IMG/VR virus record: IMGVR_UViG_3300027212_000008
Length of the DNA: 64,000 nucleotides
Source of the DNA: an uncultured virus (IMG/VR IMGVR_UViG_3300027212_000008)
Lineage: Duplodnaviria; Heunggongvirae; Uroviricota; Caudoviricetes; Crassvirales
Reading direction: 5' to 3' (one strand)
Below, one piece after another: positions 47,441 through 58,509 of this stretch. A program made the position numbers and the translations under genes. The stretch's first letter is position 1. Each line of letters starts with the position of its first letter. Under the pieces are notes generated by a model. It did not search any database. It was not told the origin of the DNA and was given only the letters and a program-made list of their open reading frames with translations.

Positions 47441-48023
47441 TGAGAGTAAGATATATCGTCAAATTCTAGCTTTCATGAATTTCATGTTAAATCTAACTCC
47501 ACAAGAACGTGATGTATTAGCTGAAATTATTAGACTAGACAATGAGTACGAAGCTCTTCCTGCGGATAAGCGCGCTAAGTTTATTCTCTCTACAGACATG
47601 CGTAAGGAGATTAGAGATAATCTAAACATTGAGGAGAAGCAATTTAATGTTATACTATCTAGACTTAAAAGCGATAAAAAATCCTTCATGGGCAAACCCC
47701 TATTAGGGGACAACAATGCACTCCATCCGCAGTTGCAATTTAAACCTGACCAAGATGGATTCCAATTTGAAGTAAATCTTATCATGACTACTATTCCTCC
47801 AACTACTAAAAAGTTTACAGAGGAATTAGACGAAGCCATTATGGAAAAGAATGAAGACGAGCATAAGTTTATAGAGGAACAAATTTGGAGTGCTCCCGTA
47901 CACGACCCTGCCATGGAACATGCTAAAGCTACTATCAATGCCGAGAATGATATTGATGCATCTAAAGTGCCCGTATTGGAAGAAGAAGAATTTGATTTTA
48001 CCATAGCACCTCCTAATGACTAA
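47406..48023 (+). CDS. HTH-like protein with an acidic tail
   Basis: LTPQERDVL...RKEIRDNLNIEEKQFNVILSRLK. Confidence 0.7.
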   Translation: MKQRKVISLPTNESKIYRQILAFMNFMLNLTPQERDVLAEIIRLDNEYEALPADKRAKFILSTDMRKEIRDNLNIEEKQFNVILSRLKSDKKSFMGKPLLGDNNALHPQLQFKPDQDGFQFEVNLIMTTIPPTTKKFTEELDEAIMEKNEDEHKFIEEQIWSAPVHDPAMEHAKATINAENDIDASKVPVLEEEEFDFTIAPPND

Positions 48024-48285
48024 ACAAAAAGAAATACTTTTAGCAATAGCCAAGCGTCACGGGTTGAACATAGGCCAGGCAGAAGAAGTGTGGAATTTAA
48101 TAGGAGGTAAAATAGCTGAGGTAATAAGTGACTTAGATAAAAAGACAGATGAATTATATGATGATAATAAGTTTCATGTAATTCACATAGATAATTTTGG
48201 TAAATTTATTCCTAATAAAAATAGAATAAGACATGCCAATCATTGCTTAAGATTAAAGATAAAAAAAGATGAACGTAACATTTGA
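48016..48285 (+). CDS. HU/IHF-like DNA-binding protein
   Basis: EILLAIAKRHGL...IHIDNFGKF; expected synteny upstream of crAss terminase. Confidence 0.7.
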   Translation: MTKQKEILLAIAKRHGLNIGQAEEVWNLIGGKIAEVISDLDKKTDELYDDNKFHVIHIDNFGKFIPNKNRIRHANHCLRLKIKKDERNI

Positions 48286-48475
48286 AGTAATTAACTCTAA
48301 AGGAATTAAAGAAAACATTACTTTCTTTACAATAGATGCCCTAGGTAAAGGTGAGCAAATAAACACTTCTACTATATACAGTAATGGAATGCAATTTACT
48401 TGTACAATGCCTCTAGGAGAACTATGGGATAAAGTAAAAAGAATTAAAGATGATGAAAGCGCAGCACGAAAATAA
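48269..48475 (+). CDS. Hypothetical protein
   Basis: 68-aa ORF overlapping both neighbours. Confidence 0.6.
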   Translation: MNVTFEVINSKGIKENITFFTIDALGKGEQINTSTIYSNGMQFTCTMPLGELWDKVKRIKDDESAARK

Positions 48476-48974
48476 TTATTGGGATTTAAACATAGAGCTA
48501 TTACTTCTAGAAGAGTTTAGTATATTTTATAATAAAGATAAATCTAAACAAAAGGAAGAAAGCTCTAGAATAATGTGGGCTATTAACTACGCGTACAATC
48601 CTGAATCTAAGTTTTTCAACTACCCTAATAAACTAGAAGTACTAGCTAAAGACTTTATAAAAATTCCTAAGTTTAAATGGGATACTGTAAAGGATGTAGT
48701 AGGAGTTTTTAAGAATCTAGTCTTATCTGACGTTGAACGTTCTCTAGTAAATTGGAATGAGATAATGGTACTGCGCGATAATTCTCTTAAGGATCTTTAC
48801 AGGGGAGCCATCAAAGCATCTGATACAGATGAGCTAGTCAAACTAGATAAGATGTTAAGCAACACTCCTAAGATGTTTGAGGATTATAAGAAGATTAGAA
48901 GAGACTACGAAGAAGAGAAAACTATTAAGAAAGGCAAATCAATTGCCTCACTGTCAGACTCAGGAGAACTATAA
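48450..48974 (+). CDS. Helical protein upstream of terminase (small terminase candidate)
   Basis: DKSKQKEESSRIMW motif; position and size only. Confidence 0.55.
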   Translation: MMKAQHENNYWDLNIELLLLEEFSIFYNKDKSKQKEESSRIMWAINYAYNPESKFFNYPNKLEVLAKDFIKIPKFKWDTVKDVVGVFKNLVLSDVERSLVNWNEIMVLRDNSLKDLYRGAIKASDTDELVKLDKMLSNTPKMFEDYKKIRRDYEEEKTIKKGKSIASLSDSGEL

Positions 48975-48976
48975 TT

Positions 48977-49231
48977 ATGCTAGCAGAAATTTGGAAACAT
49001 AGAAAAGAAATCTTAGAAGGAGTTACTAATACTGTTATAAAATCTAAGATAGTAGAAGAAATTGCCAAAGATAGAATGTCTATCTGTGATAAATGTGAGG
49101 AAAAGAAAACAGACGGTTGCGCGGCAATGATAAAAGCATGCTGTAATATCTGTGGATGTTCTTTAGAATTTAAGACAAGAAGTTTAAGTTCTTCTTGTCC
49201 AGTAAATAAATGGCCAGCTTTAGAAGAATAA
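48977..49231 (+). CDS. Small Zn-finger protein
   Basis: RMSICDKC...CNICGC...KTR....CP..KW. Confidence 0.75.
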   Translation: MLAEIWKHRKEILEGVTNTVIKSKIVEEIAKDRMSICDKCEEKKTDGCAAMIKACCNICGCSLEFKTRSLSSSCPVNKWPALEE

Positions 49232-49232
49232 T

Positions 49233-51410
49233 ATGTTAATAGAAAACTCTAATTTCCGACTTAAAGATATTCCTAATTTCCATCCGTTATTAGAGCATTA
49301 TGATCGCGTATCATTTTGGAAAGAAGAGAAACGCAAATGCATAGAAGGTTATTGGGTCTCAGGTAAATGGATGCCAGGGCCTTTATACTACTACGTTAAT
49401 TTTCACAACATACAATTTGAAGATGAGACTTCTGTAGCACAAGCATTTGGTCTGCCTTTCTTACGCGACATAGATTGGGAGTTATTTCTTATCTACGATG
49501 AGTGCAGAGGATTCTCAGGATTTGCTGATGATAAAGTATATACTTGCGACAGAAGATACGGACCTGATAAAGCTATCTCTATTACTCTTAAAAGAATAAC
49601 AGAAGCAGAGTCACAAAAAATGAAGTACATTCCTGCTAGAGAATACCTAAGAAAGAACCACGGTAAATCCCTAGGTAAGCCACTATACAAAAATGCTGCT
49701 AAACATTTTATGTCTATTCAAGCAAGGGGGTCAGGGAAGAGTTACTCTACTTCAGGAATAGTTGCCCATAACTTTCTATTTGATGGAGCAACTGACTATG
49801 ACGATTACTTAGACAGAAGAAAGCTAAAGCAATATACTTCGTCAGAAAGTATAATAGGAGCTATCGATACTAAATACTCGGAGCCTTTAGTAGCAAAGGT
49901 AAAGACTGCATTCGAGTTACTTCCAGGAGGATTTTCCCTAGGTGATGAAGAATATCCTGCACCTCTATTCTCAAGTTACTTTGGGTCTCTACAATCTAAT
50001 AAATATATTACAGCTAACTTATCTAAGTCTAAGCTGTATCATAGAACCTTTAAAGATAATCCACTAGCAGCCAATGGTACTCGTGCCAATTTAGTAGCAC
50101 TAGACGAAGTAGGTTTCATGTACAATATAAAGGAATCTTGGGGAGCCATAGAAGCGATACAAGCAGCAAAGACTAAAAAGAATCTAGTTATCTGGGCACT
50201 GGGAACAGGGGGACTTGTCTCAGGAAAAGCGGCCCTTTATGCAGAAAGTATATTTAGAAATCCACAAGATTATAATTGCGTTGAGTTTGAAGATATCTTT
50301 GAGCACAGAGGAAAGATAGGTTACTTTGTGCCTTACTCATTAGTGCAAAATGAATTTAAGAAAGGACCTAATCTAGAGACAGACGAAGCATTAGCAAGAG
50401 TTAATATAGAACACAGACGAGTCATAGCTAAAAAATCACCCGACCCTACGGTATATCAAACAGAAATCATCAACGGTCCCATGGTTCCGAGTGAAGCATT
50501 TTTAGTTCTTGAGGGCGCCTTCTTTCCCACCTTGCAGTTAAAAGAGCAACTAGCAGAAGTAGAAGGAGGTAAATATAAAAAGTACACAGAGGCATCCTTT
50601 AAGGGTCATATATCGTTTAACTCTAAGAATGAACCAGAATTCTACACACAGCAAGATGCACAACCTATTAGAAAGTTCCCACTTAATAATAACGATGACA
50701 AAAAGAGTTGCATAGAATTATGGGTAAAACCACAAAAGAATGACGAAGGAGTTGTACCTAGAGGGGTACATATCGCAGGAATTGACGTTGTAGATAAAGA
50801 TAAGTCAACTACTGATTCCCTACCGTCTATAGTCGTAATGAATCGTTTTACTCGACAAATAGTTGCCGAGTATACAGGGCGTACAGGGGAAGCAAAAGAT
50901 TTTTATGAAGTTTGCAGAAAACTACTGCTGTATTATAATGCAATAGGAATGTATGAGAAAAACCTTATTGGTCTTTACAATTACTTTGACCAAATGAAGT
51001 GCACATATCTATTGGCGGATACTCCTTATCAGCTGAGATCTACAGATACTTATAAAGCAGGAACTAATACAGCTAAAGGTATTAATGCCTCTGGTACAGT
51101 TAATGCTGAAGCAAGAAACATGATTAAATCTTGGTTACAAGAAAGAATATCAGAGAAATCTGAGACAAGAGTGTATGAAACATTATATTCTCCTGCTATG
51201 ATAACAGAGTTAGTAATGTGGAATCCTAGTGGTAACTTTGATAGGGTGTCTGCACTAGGAATGCTAATGTGGTTAGACTCTACAATGTTCAAAGAGAACG
51301 TAAGACTTAAAGAAGATGTTAAAGGTTTTATGGATAATTCTTATTGGGCAGAAATGGGTGTATTAAAAAAGAAACCTATCAATACTATTAATTCCAATTT
51401 TTATCCATAA
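49233..51410 (+). CDS. terL: Terminase large subunit
   Basis: ARGSGKS Walker A, LDEVG Walker B, GTGG, nuclease GID...D, YEKN, NFDRVSA. Confidence 0.93.
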   Translation: MLIENSNFRLKDIPNFHPLLEHYDRVSFWKEEKRKCIEGYWVSGKWMPGPLYYYVNFHNIQFEDETSVAQAFGLPFLRDIDWELFLIYDECRGFSGFADDKVYTCDRRYGPDKAISITLKRITEAESQKMKYIPAREYLRKNHGKSLGKPLYKNAAKHFMSIQARGSGKSYSTSGIVAHNFLFDGATDYDDYLDRRKLKQYTSSESIIGAIDTKYSEPLVAKVKTAFELLPGGFSLGDEEYPAPLFSSYFGSLQSNKYITANLSKSKLYHRTFKDNPLAANGTRANLVALDEVGFMYNIKESWGAIEAIQAAKTKKNLVIWALGTGGLVSGKAALYAESIFRNPQDYNCVEFEDIFEHRGKIGYFVPYSLVQNEFKKGPNLETDEALARVNIEHRRVIAKKSPDPTVYQTEIINGPMVPSEAFLVLEGAFFPTLQLKEQLAEVEGGKYKKYTEASFKGHISFNSKNEPEFYTQQDAQPIRKFPLNNNDDKKSCIELWVKPQKNDEGVVPRGVHIAGIDVVDKDKSTTDSLPSIVVMNRFTRQIVAEYTGRTGEAKDFYEVCRKLLLYYNAIGMYEKNLIGLYNYFDQMKCTYLLADTPYQLRSTDTYKAGTNTAKGINASGTVNAEARNMIKSWLQERISEKSETRVYETLYSPAMITELVMWNPSGNFDRVSALGMLMWLDSTMFKENVRLKEDVKGFMDNSYWAEMGVLKKKPINTINSNFYP

Positions 51411-51415
51411 ATTTG
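51408..51415 (+). promoter_or_regulatory. Bacteroidota -7 promoter element upstream of the portal gene
   Basis: TAAATTTG, 21 nt before the portal ATG. Confidence 0.45.
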
Positions 51416-51436
51416 TATCTTAAATAAATTATTACT

Positions 51437-53866
51437 ATGAGTTCTCCAGTTAAAATGCAAGGATATATTAGTTTCCCTAGACAGAAGCTACCTGATACCA
51501 AGAAAGATGACAATTGGTTTAAAAAGAATATAGACTTTGCAGAGCACTTGTTAACCTCTGATGTTAACCTACGCTCTAATTTTAAAAACAAAAAGAGTAA
51601 CTATAATCTTAGAGCTAACATAATTAACGTTAAAGATTTTGAAAAATATATTAATCCAGACAATCTGGACCTTGAATCATTACCTGCATCTTTTCAGCAT
51701 GTGGGCATTGAAAATTCTAAGATTAATCTTTTACTAGGAGAGTATTCTAAAAGAAAGAAAGAATTTAAAGCTTATATCTCTGCTAACGATAAAGACGGTA
51801 TCTCTAGAAAAGAAGAGCAATTGATGGAGCAGATTACTTCGGAATTAACTTCTATGATCAAGAGCACTTCTATCACTGAAGAAGAAATTAAGAAGCGCCT
51901 AGAACAATTAAATAAATACCAAACTTACGATTTTCAAGATATAGCAGAAATCACTGCTAATAAAATACTTAAGAAAGAATACAAAGAAGGAGACTTTGAT
52001 TTTACTTTCTTACGCACATTTGAAGACCTACTAGTTGGAGGTGAAGAAATAATGTATTGTGGAGTACTTGGAGGTAACCCAGTAATGCGAAGAGTAAATC
52101 CTATGAATGTCTATACAATGGGAGGTAACTCTATGTATATTGAAGATGCAGATATTATTGTCGAATACGGATATAAATCTGTTGGACAAATAATTGATGA
52201 TTATTGGGATGAAATTTCTGAGGACGATGTAGATTTCTTAGAAAGAGGAAAAACTGATGCTTCTGCAGGAGGCGGAGGTATAGGACTTAATAGAGATATC
52301 TCTGTATATGATTATTACGGAGAACAAGGAGCACTAAGTATTTTCCATCCTAATGAAATGGGAACTAGAACTTTCTCAGGAGCTTTTGACACATACGGAA
52401 ATGTAAGAGTGTTAAAAGTATGTTGGAGATCGAGAAGAAAGATTGGAGAATTAACATTCTTTGATGATGATGGACAAGAACAAAAAGATTGGGTTCCTGA
52501 AGATTACAAGATTAATAAAGACTTAGGAGAAACGGTAAAGTGGATATGGGTTAATGAATGGATGGAAGGTACTAAAATTGCTGACCATATTTATACAGTA
52601 ATGCGCCCTGTACCTTATGCAAGTAAATCTATAGTTAATAAATCTAAAGGAACCCCTCCGTATGTAGGATCTGTTAATTCTACTAACGACTATAAAGTCC
52701 AATCCTTGATGGACGTAATGAAGCCACTCACGTATTCTTACGACATCGCCTACTACAAAAGAGAATTAGCAATCGCTACATACAAGGGTTCTTTTACTGC
52801 TTTAAATTCTTCTCTTGTACCTTCAGGTTGGGACCCAAAAGAATGGATGCGATATGTTACTATAAACAAATTTGCTTGGTTAGACCCAACTAATGAAATC
52901 CTTAAAGGACCTTCTCAAGGTAAATCCGCGGGAGCTTTTAATACATTAACAGCACAACAAATACAAGTAGGCGACCCTAATGAAATAGGCATGTACACTA
53001 ATCTGATGTTGGACATAGAGAATACTCTAGGTAAAATTGCAGGTGTTACAGGCGCTAGAGAAGGCCAAATAGAAAACAGAGAAGCAGTAGGAAATGTAGA
53101 AAGAGAAGTTGCACAAACTAATCATATTACAGAAAAGTGGTTTGCAATAGATGCTAACTTCCGTAAAAGAGTTCTTACTAAGTTCTTAGAATGTTGTAAA
53201 TACTCTTATAAGAAAAATCCTAAGAAAGGGCAATTTTTACTTGACGATATGGGGCAAGTGATGATAAACAATTTTGATGAATTTGTATCTACAGAATACG
53301 ACTTACACGTATCTAATTCTACGGCAGATACGCAGTTGTATAATGACTTAAGAGCTTTAGCACAAGCAGCTATCCAAAATGGACAAGCTACTATTGCAGA
53401 CTTAGCAGCTATATCGCAATCAGAATCTGTGCAAGAAGTTGCTAGAAGACTTGATGATTCTGCTAGAAAAATCAAAGAGCAGAATGATGCAATGCAAGAA
53501 AAACAACTTGCTGCGCAACAGGAAAACGCTCAAATGCAACTGAAAGAAAAGCAAGATACTCGTGCTTTTGAAGCAGGTGAGGCAGAAAAAGATAGAGATC
53601 TTAAACGCGAAGAAATAGCTTCTAAAGAAAGAATGCATGAATTAGGCCAGTTATCTACTCACGTTAGAGAGATAGAAGGACGCGAAGACATGGACTCTGA
53701 TAGCAATGGTGTAGCAGATTATTTAGATATCAAACGCACAGACGTTGATGAAGAATATAAACAAAATCAAATTAGAATAGCCGAAGCCAAACTAGCTGAA
53801 CAGATAAGATCTAATACTGCTAAAGAAGAAATAGCAAGAGAAAAAGCAACTAAACCAACTAAATAA
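51437..53866 (+). CDS. Portal protein (crAss type)
   Basis: 809 aa after terL; FPRQKLP N-terminus, WVNEWMEG, coiled-coil C-terminus with DSDSNG. Confidence 0.9.
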   Translation: MSSPVKMQGYISFPRQKLPDTKKDDNWFKKNIDFAEHLLTSDVNLRSNFKNKKSNYNLRANIINVKDFEKYINPDNLDLESLPASFQHVGIENSKINLLLGEYSKRKKEFKAYISANDKDGISRKEEQLMEQITSELTSMIKSTSITEEEIKKRLEQLNKYQTYDFQDIAEITANKILKKEYKEGDFDFTFLRTFEDLLVGGEEIMYCGVLGGNPVMRRVNPMNVYTMGGNSMYIEDADIIVEYGYKSVGQIIDDYWDEISEDDVDFLERGKTDASAGGGGIGLNRDISVYDYYGEQGALSIFHPNEMGTRTFSGAFDTYGNVRVLKVCWRSRRKIGELTFFDDDGQEQKDWVPEDYKINKDLGETVKWIWVNEWMEGTKIADHIYTVMRPVPYASKSIVNKSKGTPPYVGSVNSTNDYKVQSLMDVMKPLTYSYDIAYYKRELAIATYKGSFTALNSSLVPSGWDPKEWMRYVTINKFAWLDPTNEILKGPSQGKSAGAFNTLTAQQIQVGDPNEIGMYTNLMLDIENTLGKIAGVTGAREGQIENREAVGNVEREVAQTNHITEKWFAIDANFRKRVLTKFLECCKYSYKKNPKKGQFLLDDMGQVMINNFDEFVSTEYDLHVSNSTADTQLYNDLRALAQAAIQNGQATIADLAAISQSESVQEVARRLDDSARKIKEQNDAMQEKQLAAQQENAQMQLKEKQDTRAFEAGEAEKDRDLKREEIASKERMHELGQLSTHVREIEGREDMDSDSNGVADYLDIKRTDVDEEYKQNQIRIAEAKLAEQIRSNTAKEEIAREKATKPTK

Positions 53867-53955
53867 AGCTATAGCCCTATAGGAGAAATCATAAAAAATA
53901 TATGGGCTATTTATAAAAATTATTTTAATATTGTAACTAATTAACGACAGCAAAT

Positions 53956-55125
53956 ATGAGTGAAGAGATTAACGACCTATTTGAAGGACTTCAAATAATG
54001 TCAGCAGCAGAATTAAATTCAGCCGTGGAATCTAAAAATGAAGACGGAGAATCTTCAAAGGAAGATGGGGAAGAATTTACTTTAACTCCAGTAGTAGCAG
54101 AAAAAGGAGATGACGATACTACTAGAGAAAATAAAACAGTAACAGCGAGAGCTGAAACTAATTCTAATTCTAGCGAGAATAAGAATGAAGTAGTTTACAA
54201 AGCCTTGATGAAGGAGCTAGTTAACTCAGGAGTTTTAACCGTTGAAGAAATGGAAAAACTAGATGAGATGCCAGGAACCTTTGATTCAATTAAAGAGTTG
54301 GTAAACAAAACAGTTGAAACAAATTTTAAAGCTAAAGAGAATAGCTGGAAAAGTAACATGTCTTCTGCAAAGAAAAGATTTTTAGAAATCGAAGATGCAT
54401 TTGACGAGACTGACCAAGCAATCTTAATGGCACAGAGATTAGAGTTCTTTGATACAGTAAGTATAGACGCAGTTAAAGCTGACGTAGGTTTGCAAAAGCA
54501 AATTTACTACGAGCAGTTGAAAGCTAAGAATTTCTCAGATGCAGATGCACTAGAAGCAATTGAAGATGCAGAGGCTATTAATAAATTAGAGGAAAAGTCT
54601 TTAAAGGCAATCCCTGAGTTAAAAGCAATGTCTCAACATGTAGTTAATCAGTCTAGAGATAACAAAGAGTTAAAAACTAAGGCAGAACAAAAAGCTCAGA
54701 TGGATGCTTTTGAAAATCTACTAGGACATATAGATTCTAGAGAAGGTTTTATAGATGGTTTAAATCTTAATAAAGTCTCTAAAGATAAGTTAAAAAGCAA
54801 CATAGTAAACCCTGTTTACACGGACCCTAAATCAGGAAAAGAGTTTAACAGTTTAATGTATAAGCAACAAAGAAACCCAGTAGAGTTTGAAATGTTGATT
54901 AACTACTATGACACATTAGGCTTATTTAACCTAGACAAAGAAGGAAAGTTTAAACCTGATATTACTAAGTTAAAGAACGTAGCAAAAACAGCAGCTATCA
55001 ATGAACTAGATAAAGTCATTGCAGCTGAAGAACAAAGAGGAGTAGGTCGTAACACATCTATGGAAACCTCACAAAAAACAGAAGGTATACTTAGTCTCCT
55101 CGAAAGAGCGACTGGTGGAAAATAA
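53956..55125 (+). CDS. Scaffolding-like protein
   Basis: Acidic helical protein between portal and MCP. Confidence 0.7.
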   Translation: MSEEINDLFEGLQIMSAAELNSAVESKNEDGESSKEDGEEFTLTPVVAEKGDDDTTRENKTVTARAETNSNSSENKNEVVYKALMKELVNSGVLTVEEMEKLDEMPGTFDSIKELVNKTVETNFKAKENSWKSNMSSAKKRFLEIEDAFDETDQAILMAQRLEFFDTVSIDAVKADVGLQKQIYYEQLKAKNFSDADALEAIEDAEAINKLEEKSLKAIPELKAMSQHVVNQSRDNKELKTKAEQKAQMDAFENLLGHIDSREGFIDGLNLNKVSKDKLKSNIVNPVYTDPKSGKEFNSLMYKQQRNPVEFEMLINYYDTLGLFNLDKEGKFKPDITKLKNVAKTAAINELDKVIAAEEQRGVGRNTSMETSQKTEGILSLLERATGGK

Positions 55126-55166
55126 AATAAATTTATTCGTTTAACAATTAATAACAAAAAACAAAA

Positions 55167-56678
55167 ATGGCTCAATTACTCCCATTACAACGGTATGAAG
55201 CTAAAGATTACAATGGTTTGGTTACTGATAACCACTTCCATTCTTTGTATCAACAAAAACCTCAGTTGATTAGTAATGTAATTAAACAAATTTACAAGAC
55301 TAACCTACAAGGTAAATTACGTGAATTCGTAGATCGTTTCCCTGTAAAAGAAGTGGAACAAGAAAACGGATTTTATAACTGGATGTTGCAAGGTCAACAC
55401 GATAAAAATCTTCCTCTAGTAGATGCTGAAACTATTGACGGACGTACTATTTCTGCAGGGACTTTCCCAGCAAACATTGGTGCTAACGGAGAACGTTTCT
55501 ACTTAATCTTTGACGAACCGTTGTTTGAAGAAACTAACGTACTTCGTGGAGAAGTTGATGATTATCACTTGTTGGTTAAGAAAGCGATGGACGCAGGTTC
55601 TCGTTACAAAGTTGAAGTTGAATTAGTAACTGATAACTCTACTAAGTCTGTTCCTTCTGAGGAATTGTCTATCGGAGGACGTTGGTCTAAATTCTATTCT
55701 CTTTCTCCTTCTACATTATCTTACCAAGGTGCTAAACCTTATTTCACTTCTCCTTGGAGAATGGAAAATCGTCCTTCTACATTACGTATGGAGTATGAGG
55801 TTGCAGGTAACACAATCAACAAAGGTAAAAACGAACCATTAGAGTTTGGATTTAACTACAAAGGACAACAAGAATCAATTTGGATTAACTACCAAGATAT
55901 GGTAGCTCATCACCAATGTGAAGAAATGTTTGCTCGTATGTTGATGTACGGTAAGAAAAACTGGACAGCTGACCACAAGTATTTGAACAAAGATGACAAG
56001 ACTAAATATGCTATCGAATCAGGTGCAGGTTTCTTTGAGCAAATTGCTCCATCTAACGTTCACTACTATAACTCTTATGACCTTGATTGGCATTTAGAAT
56101 TATTGTTAGACATGGGTGTTGGTAAAATTGAAAGAGGTAAGCGTGTAATTCACTTGTTAACAGGAGAATTCGGTGCTATTGAAATCTCTAAGCAAATCCA
56201 AGCTAAATCAGGAACAGGTAAATTTACTGTAATCTCTGATAAGTTCTTAATGAGTAACACAGACCCAGGAAACTTAGGTGGTAAAAACACTAAAGGTTTA
56301 ATGGAGCCGCAGTGGAACGTGTACGAATGGTACAATGGAGTTGTTATTATGGTTGAGATCGTTGATTTCTTCGATGATGATGTTTACTTCCCTCAACGTC
56401 ACCCAGATGGAAAAGGTCTTGTAGAATCTCACAGAATCTTAGCTCTTGATTATGGCGACAATGCAGGTATCTACCGTGTTAAGCCAAAAGGAGTTCCAGA
56501 TTACAATTGGGCATATATCCCAGGTATGAGAGACCCGTTCTCTCCTGCAGGTAAAGGTTCACCTAAAATGGTAGCTTCTCCAGTAGACGGATACTCAGTA
56601 CACTTCCAGAAGTGGGGTGGATTGATGATTGAAGATCCTACTAAAGTAGTAGATTTACGTCTTTCAGTAGAGAGATAA
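55167..56678 (+). CDS. Major capsid protein (crAss type)
   Basis: 503 aa; synteny; GAGFFEQI and TGEFG motifs; terminator downstream. Confidence 0.9.
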   Translation: MAQLLPLQRYEAKDYNGLVTDNHFHSLYQQKPQLISNVIKQIYKTNLQGKLREFVDRFPVKEVEQENGFYNWMLQGQHDKNLPLVDAETIDGRTISAGTFPANIGANGERFYLIFDEPLFEETNVLRGEVDDYHLLVKKAMDAGSRYKVEVELVTDNSTKSVPSEELSIGGRWSKFYSLSPSTLSYQGAKPYFTSPWRMENRPSTLRMEYEVAGNTINKGKNEPLEFGFNYKGQQESIWINYQDMVAHHQCEEMFARMLMYGKKNWTADHKYLNKDDKTKYAIESGAGFFEQIAPSNVHYYNSYDLDWHLELLLDMGVGKIERGKRVIHLLTGEFGAIEISKQIQAKSGTGKFTVISDKFLMSNTDPGNLGGKNTKGLMEPQWNVYEWYNGVVIMVEIVDFFDDDVYFPQRHPDGKGLVESHRILALDYGDNAGIYRVKPKGVPDYNWAYIPGMRDPFSPAGKGSPKMVASPVDGYSVHFQKWGGLMIEDPTKVVDLRLSVER

Positions 56679-56696
56679 TAAATATAAAAAATGTAT

Positions 56697-56731
56697 CCCC
56701 TTGGAGCTAATCACTCCGAGGGGGCATTTTT
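56697..56731 (+). terminator. Intrinsic terminator after the MCP gene
   Basis: ccccttggag/ctccgagggg stem followed by a T-run. Confidence 0.75.
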
Positions 56732-56763
56732 AATAAGAGAATTAATAATTGACAGCAAAATAA

Positions 56764-57702
56764 ATGGAAACAACGACAGCAGAAAAAGTGGTTTACGGTA
56801 CATTTCTACAAGATAGAATTGTTGCAGTAAAACCAGTAGAATCATCAGGGAAATGGAGTACCCTATTAGTATCTGGACAGGACAATAAAAAAGACCCGTT
56901 CATTTATAACAAAGCAAAACGAAGCTACCAATTGCCTCTTAACAATGCAAACTTAGGTGGAGGAGTTAAAGTAATTTTAGACGATCAAAAGAGAGTTAAA
57001 ATTCAAAAATACATGGAGTCTTTTCCTAACGGAATGACCCAAAAAGAGTTCTTTGAAAAAGAATTAGGAGTAAACTTAAACCCTACTCTTAAGGCTGAAG
57101 AAAACTTCTGGAGAACAGACAGAAGAGGTAGAGTAGTAATGACTAAAGAAGGTACTACACTAAATCTTAATCTTTCCCTAGACATGCTTAAGTATCTTAT
57201 ACTTATAGCTAATAAGTCACTAGTATCTCCTTCGTATGAAGATAGAACATTGAAAGCGACTTATGAGTTTATGATTGTAGACGAAAGCAAAGTAACTACT
57301 AAGAAATTAGCAGAGGCAAGTGTTAAGGCAGATGCGTTTATTAAGTATGCAGAAATTACAAATAGTAAGAAAGCTACTATTGGATTTATTAAATCCCTAG
57401 GTAGAACTATTCCTGCGACCGCAAGTGAAGAGTGGATAAAAAATGAAGTCTTAAATATTGCAGATAGTAATCCTGCATATTTCTTAGAAATTGTTAATCA
57501 TCCTCAATATAATGAGCGTATCTTTGTACAAGAAGCTGTAGAAGCTGGTGCAATTATCCGTAAAGGAGAGAAAAGATATACTTTAGATAACGGGTCTGAG
57601 TTAGGAGATATGACAGATGTTATTAACTACTTACTTAACCCTGATAATCAGGAAGTAAAACTTAGAATTAAAGCAAAAATTGATTTAGCAAAACGTAACT
57701 AA
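56764..57702 (+). CDS. Conserved crAss capsid-module protein following MCP
   Basis: 312 aa; synteny; FW...LNL motif. Confidence 0.7.
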   Translation: METTTAEKVVYGTFLQDRIVAVKPVESSGKWSTLLVSGQDNKKDPFIYNKAKRSYQLPLNNANLGGGVKVILDDQKRVKIQKYMESFPNGMTQKEFFEKELGVNLNPTLKAEENFWRTDRRGRVVMTKEGTTLNLNLSLDMLKYLILIANKSLVSPSYEDRTLKATYEFMIVDESKVTTKKLAEASVKADAFIKYAEITNSKKATIGFIKSLGRTIPATASEEWIKNEVLNIADSNPAYFLEIVNHPQYNERIFVQEAVEAGAIIRKGEKRYTLDNGSELGDMTDVINYLLNPDNQEVKLRIKAKIDLAKRN

Positions 57703-57704
57703 TT

Positions 57705-58472
57705 ATGACTGCAAACGAAATGGCTGATGCATTAGAATTAAAACTAGACAGAAGTGATAGTTTTGGTTCCCCTGGATATGAAGATTTTGAATTATCTTCT
57801 GTTCTAAGTGAAGCTAATAGTTTATATGTTAAGAAGTACTTTGATGAATTAAACAACAGAAAAGGTAAAGGCTTCCAAGAAACAGAAATTAGAGACCAAG
57901 GTTTGGGAGCGTTAATACTAGACGCTCCCTCCCTCGTTTCTTCAGCTTCACAAGTTGGTGTAATAGTCAACCCTAATGTAGTTGGAAAGTTCTTTGACTT
58001 ACCGTTGAACCATATGTATACTATCTATGAAGAATGTACAATAGATAAAATAGAATGTGGAACAGCAGAAACTAGTATAGTTGCTTATGTAACTCCAATA
58101 GCTCATACAGAAATGCAGAGATTTAATTGGAGTAAGTATAAGAAACCTTTCTATAATATTTCAGGAGACTCAAGAGTTTGGAGATCTGAATTTTCTAGAC
58201 AAGTAACTGGAATTAATCCCGCATCACCTGCAACTGCAAAGAGGCATGAGATGTTTACAGACGGTACTTTTAACATTACAGCCTATCACATGCGCTATGT
58301 TAAAAACCCTGAGAATATAGTAGTAGATAGAAATACTCCTACTAACCAACGTAACTGTGAACTAGATACTTCTACTCACATAGTTATAGTAGACATAGCA
58401 ATGAGCTTAATGTCTGATAGAATAAGAGAACAAAGAGTACAAAATATTGAGCAATTTAAAGAGCTCGAATAA
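57705..58472 (+). CDS. Putative head-tail connector/ring protein
   Basis: YHMRYVKNP...CEL...H..IVDIA pattern; synteny. Confidence 0.7.
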   Translation: MTANEMADALELKLDRSDSFGSPGYEDFELSSVLSEANSLYVKKYFDELNNRKGKGFQETEIRDQGLGALILDAPSLVSSASQVGVIVNPNVVGKFFDLPLNHMYTIYEECTIDKIECGTAETSIVAYVTPIAHTEMQRFNWSKYKKPFYNISGDSRVWRSEFSRQVTGINPASPATAKRHEMFTDGTFNITAYHMRYVKNPENIVVDRNTPTNQRNCELDTSTHIVIVDIAMSLMSDRIREQRVQNIEQFKELE

Positions 58473-58509
58473 ATAATAATATAACAATAACAATTTAAAA
58501 TTAAAAAAA

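Noticed and set aside
28722..51410. Inteins in the helicase, polymerase or terminase
   Set aside because: Protein sizes are normal and no intein splice motifs or LAGLIDADG blocks were seen
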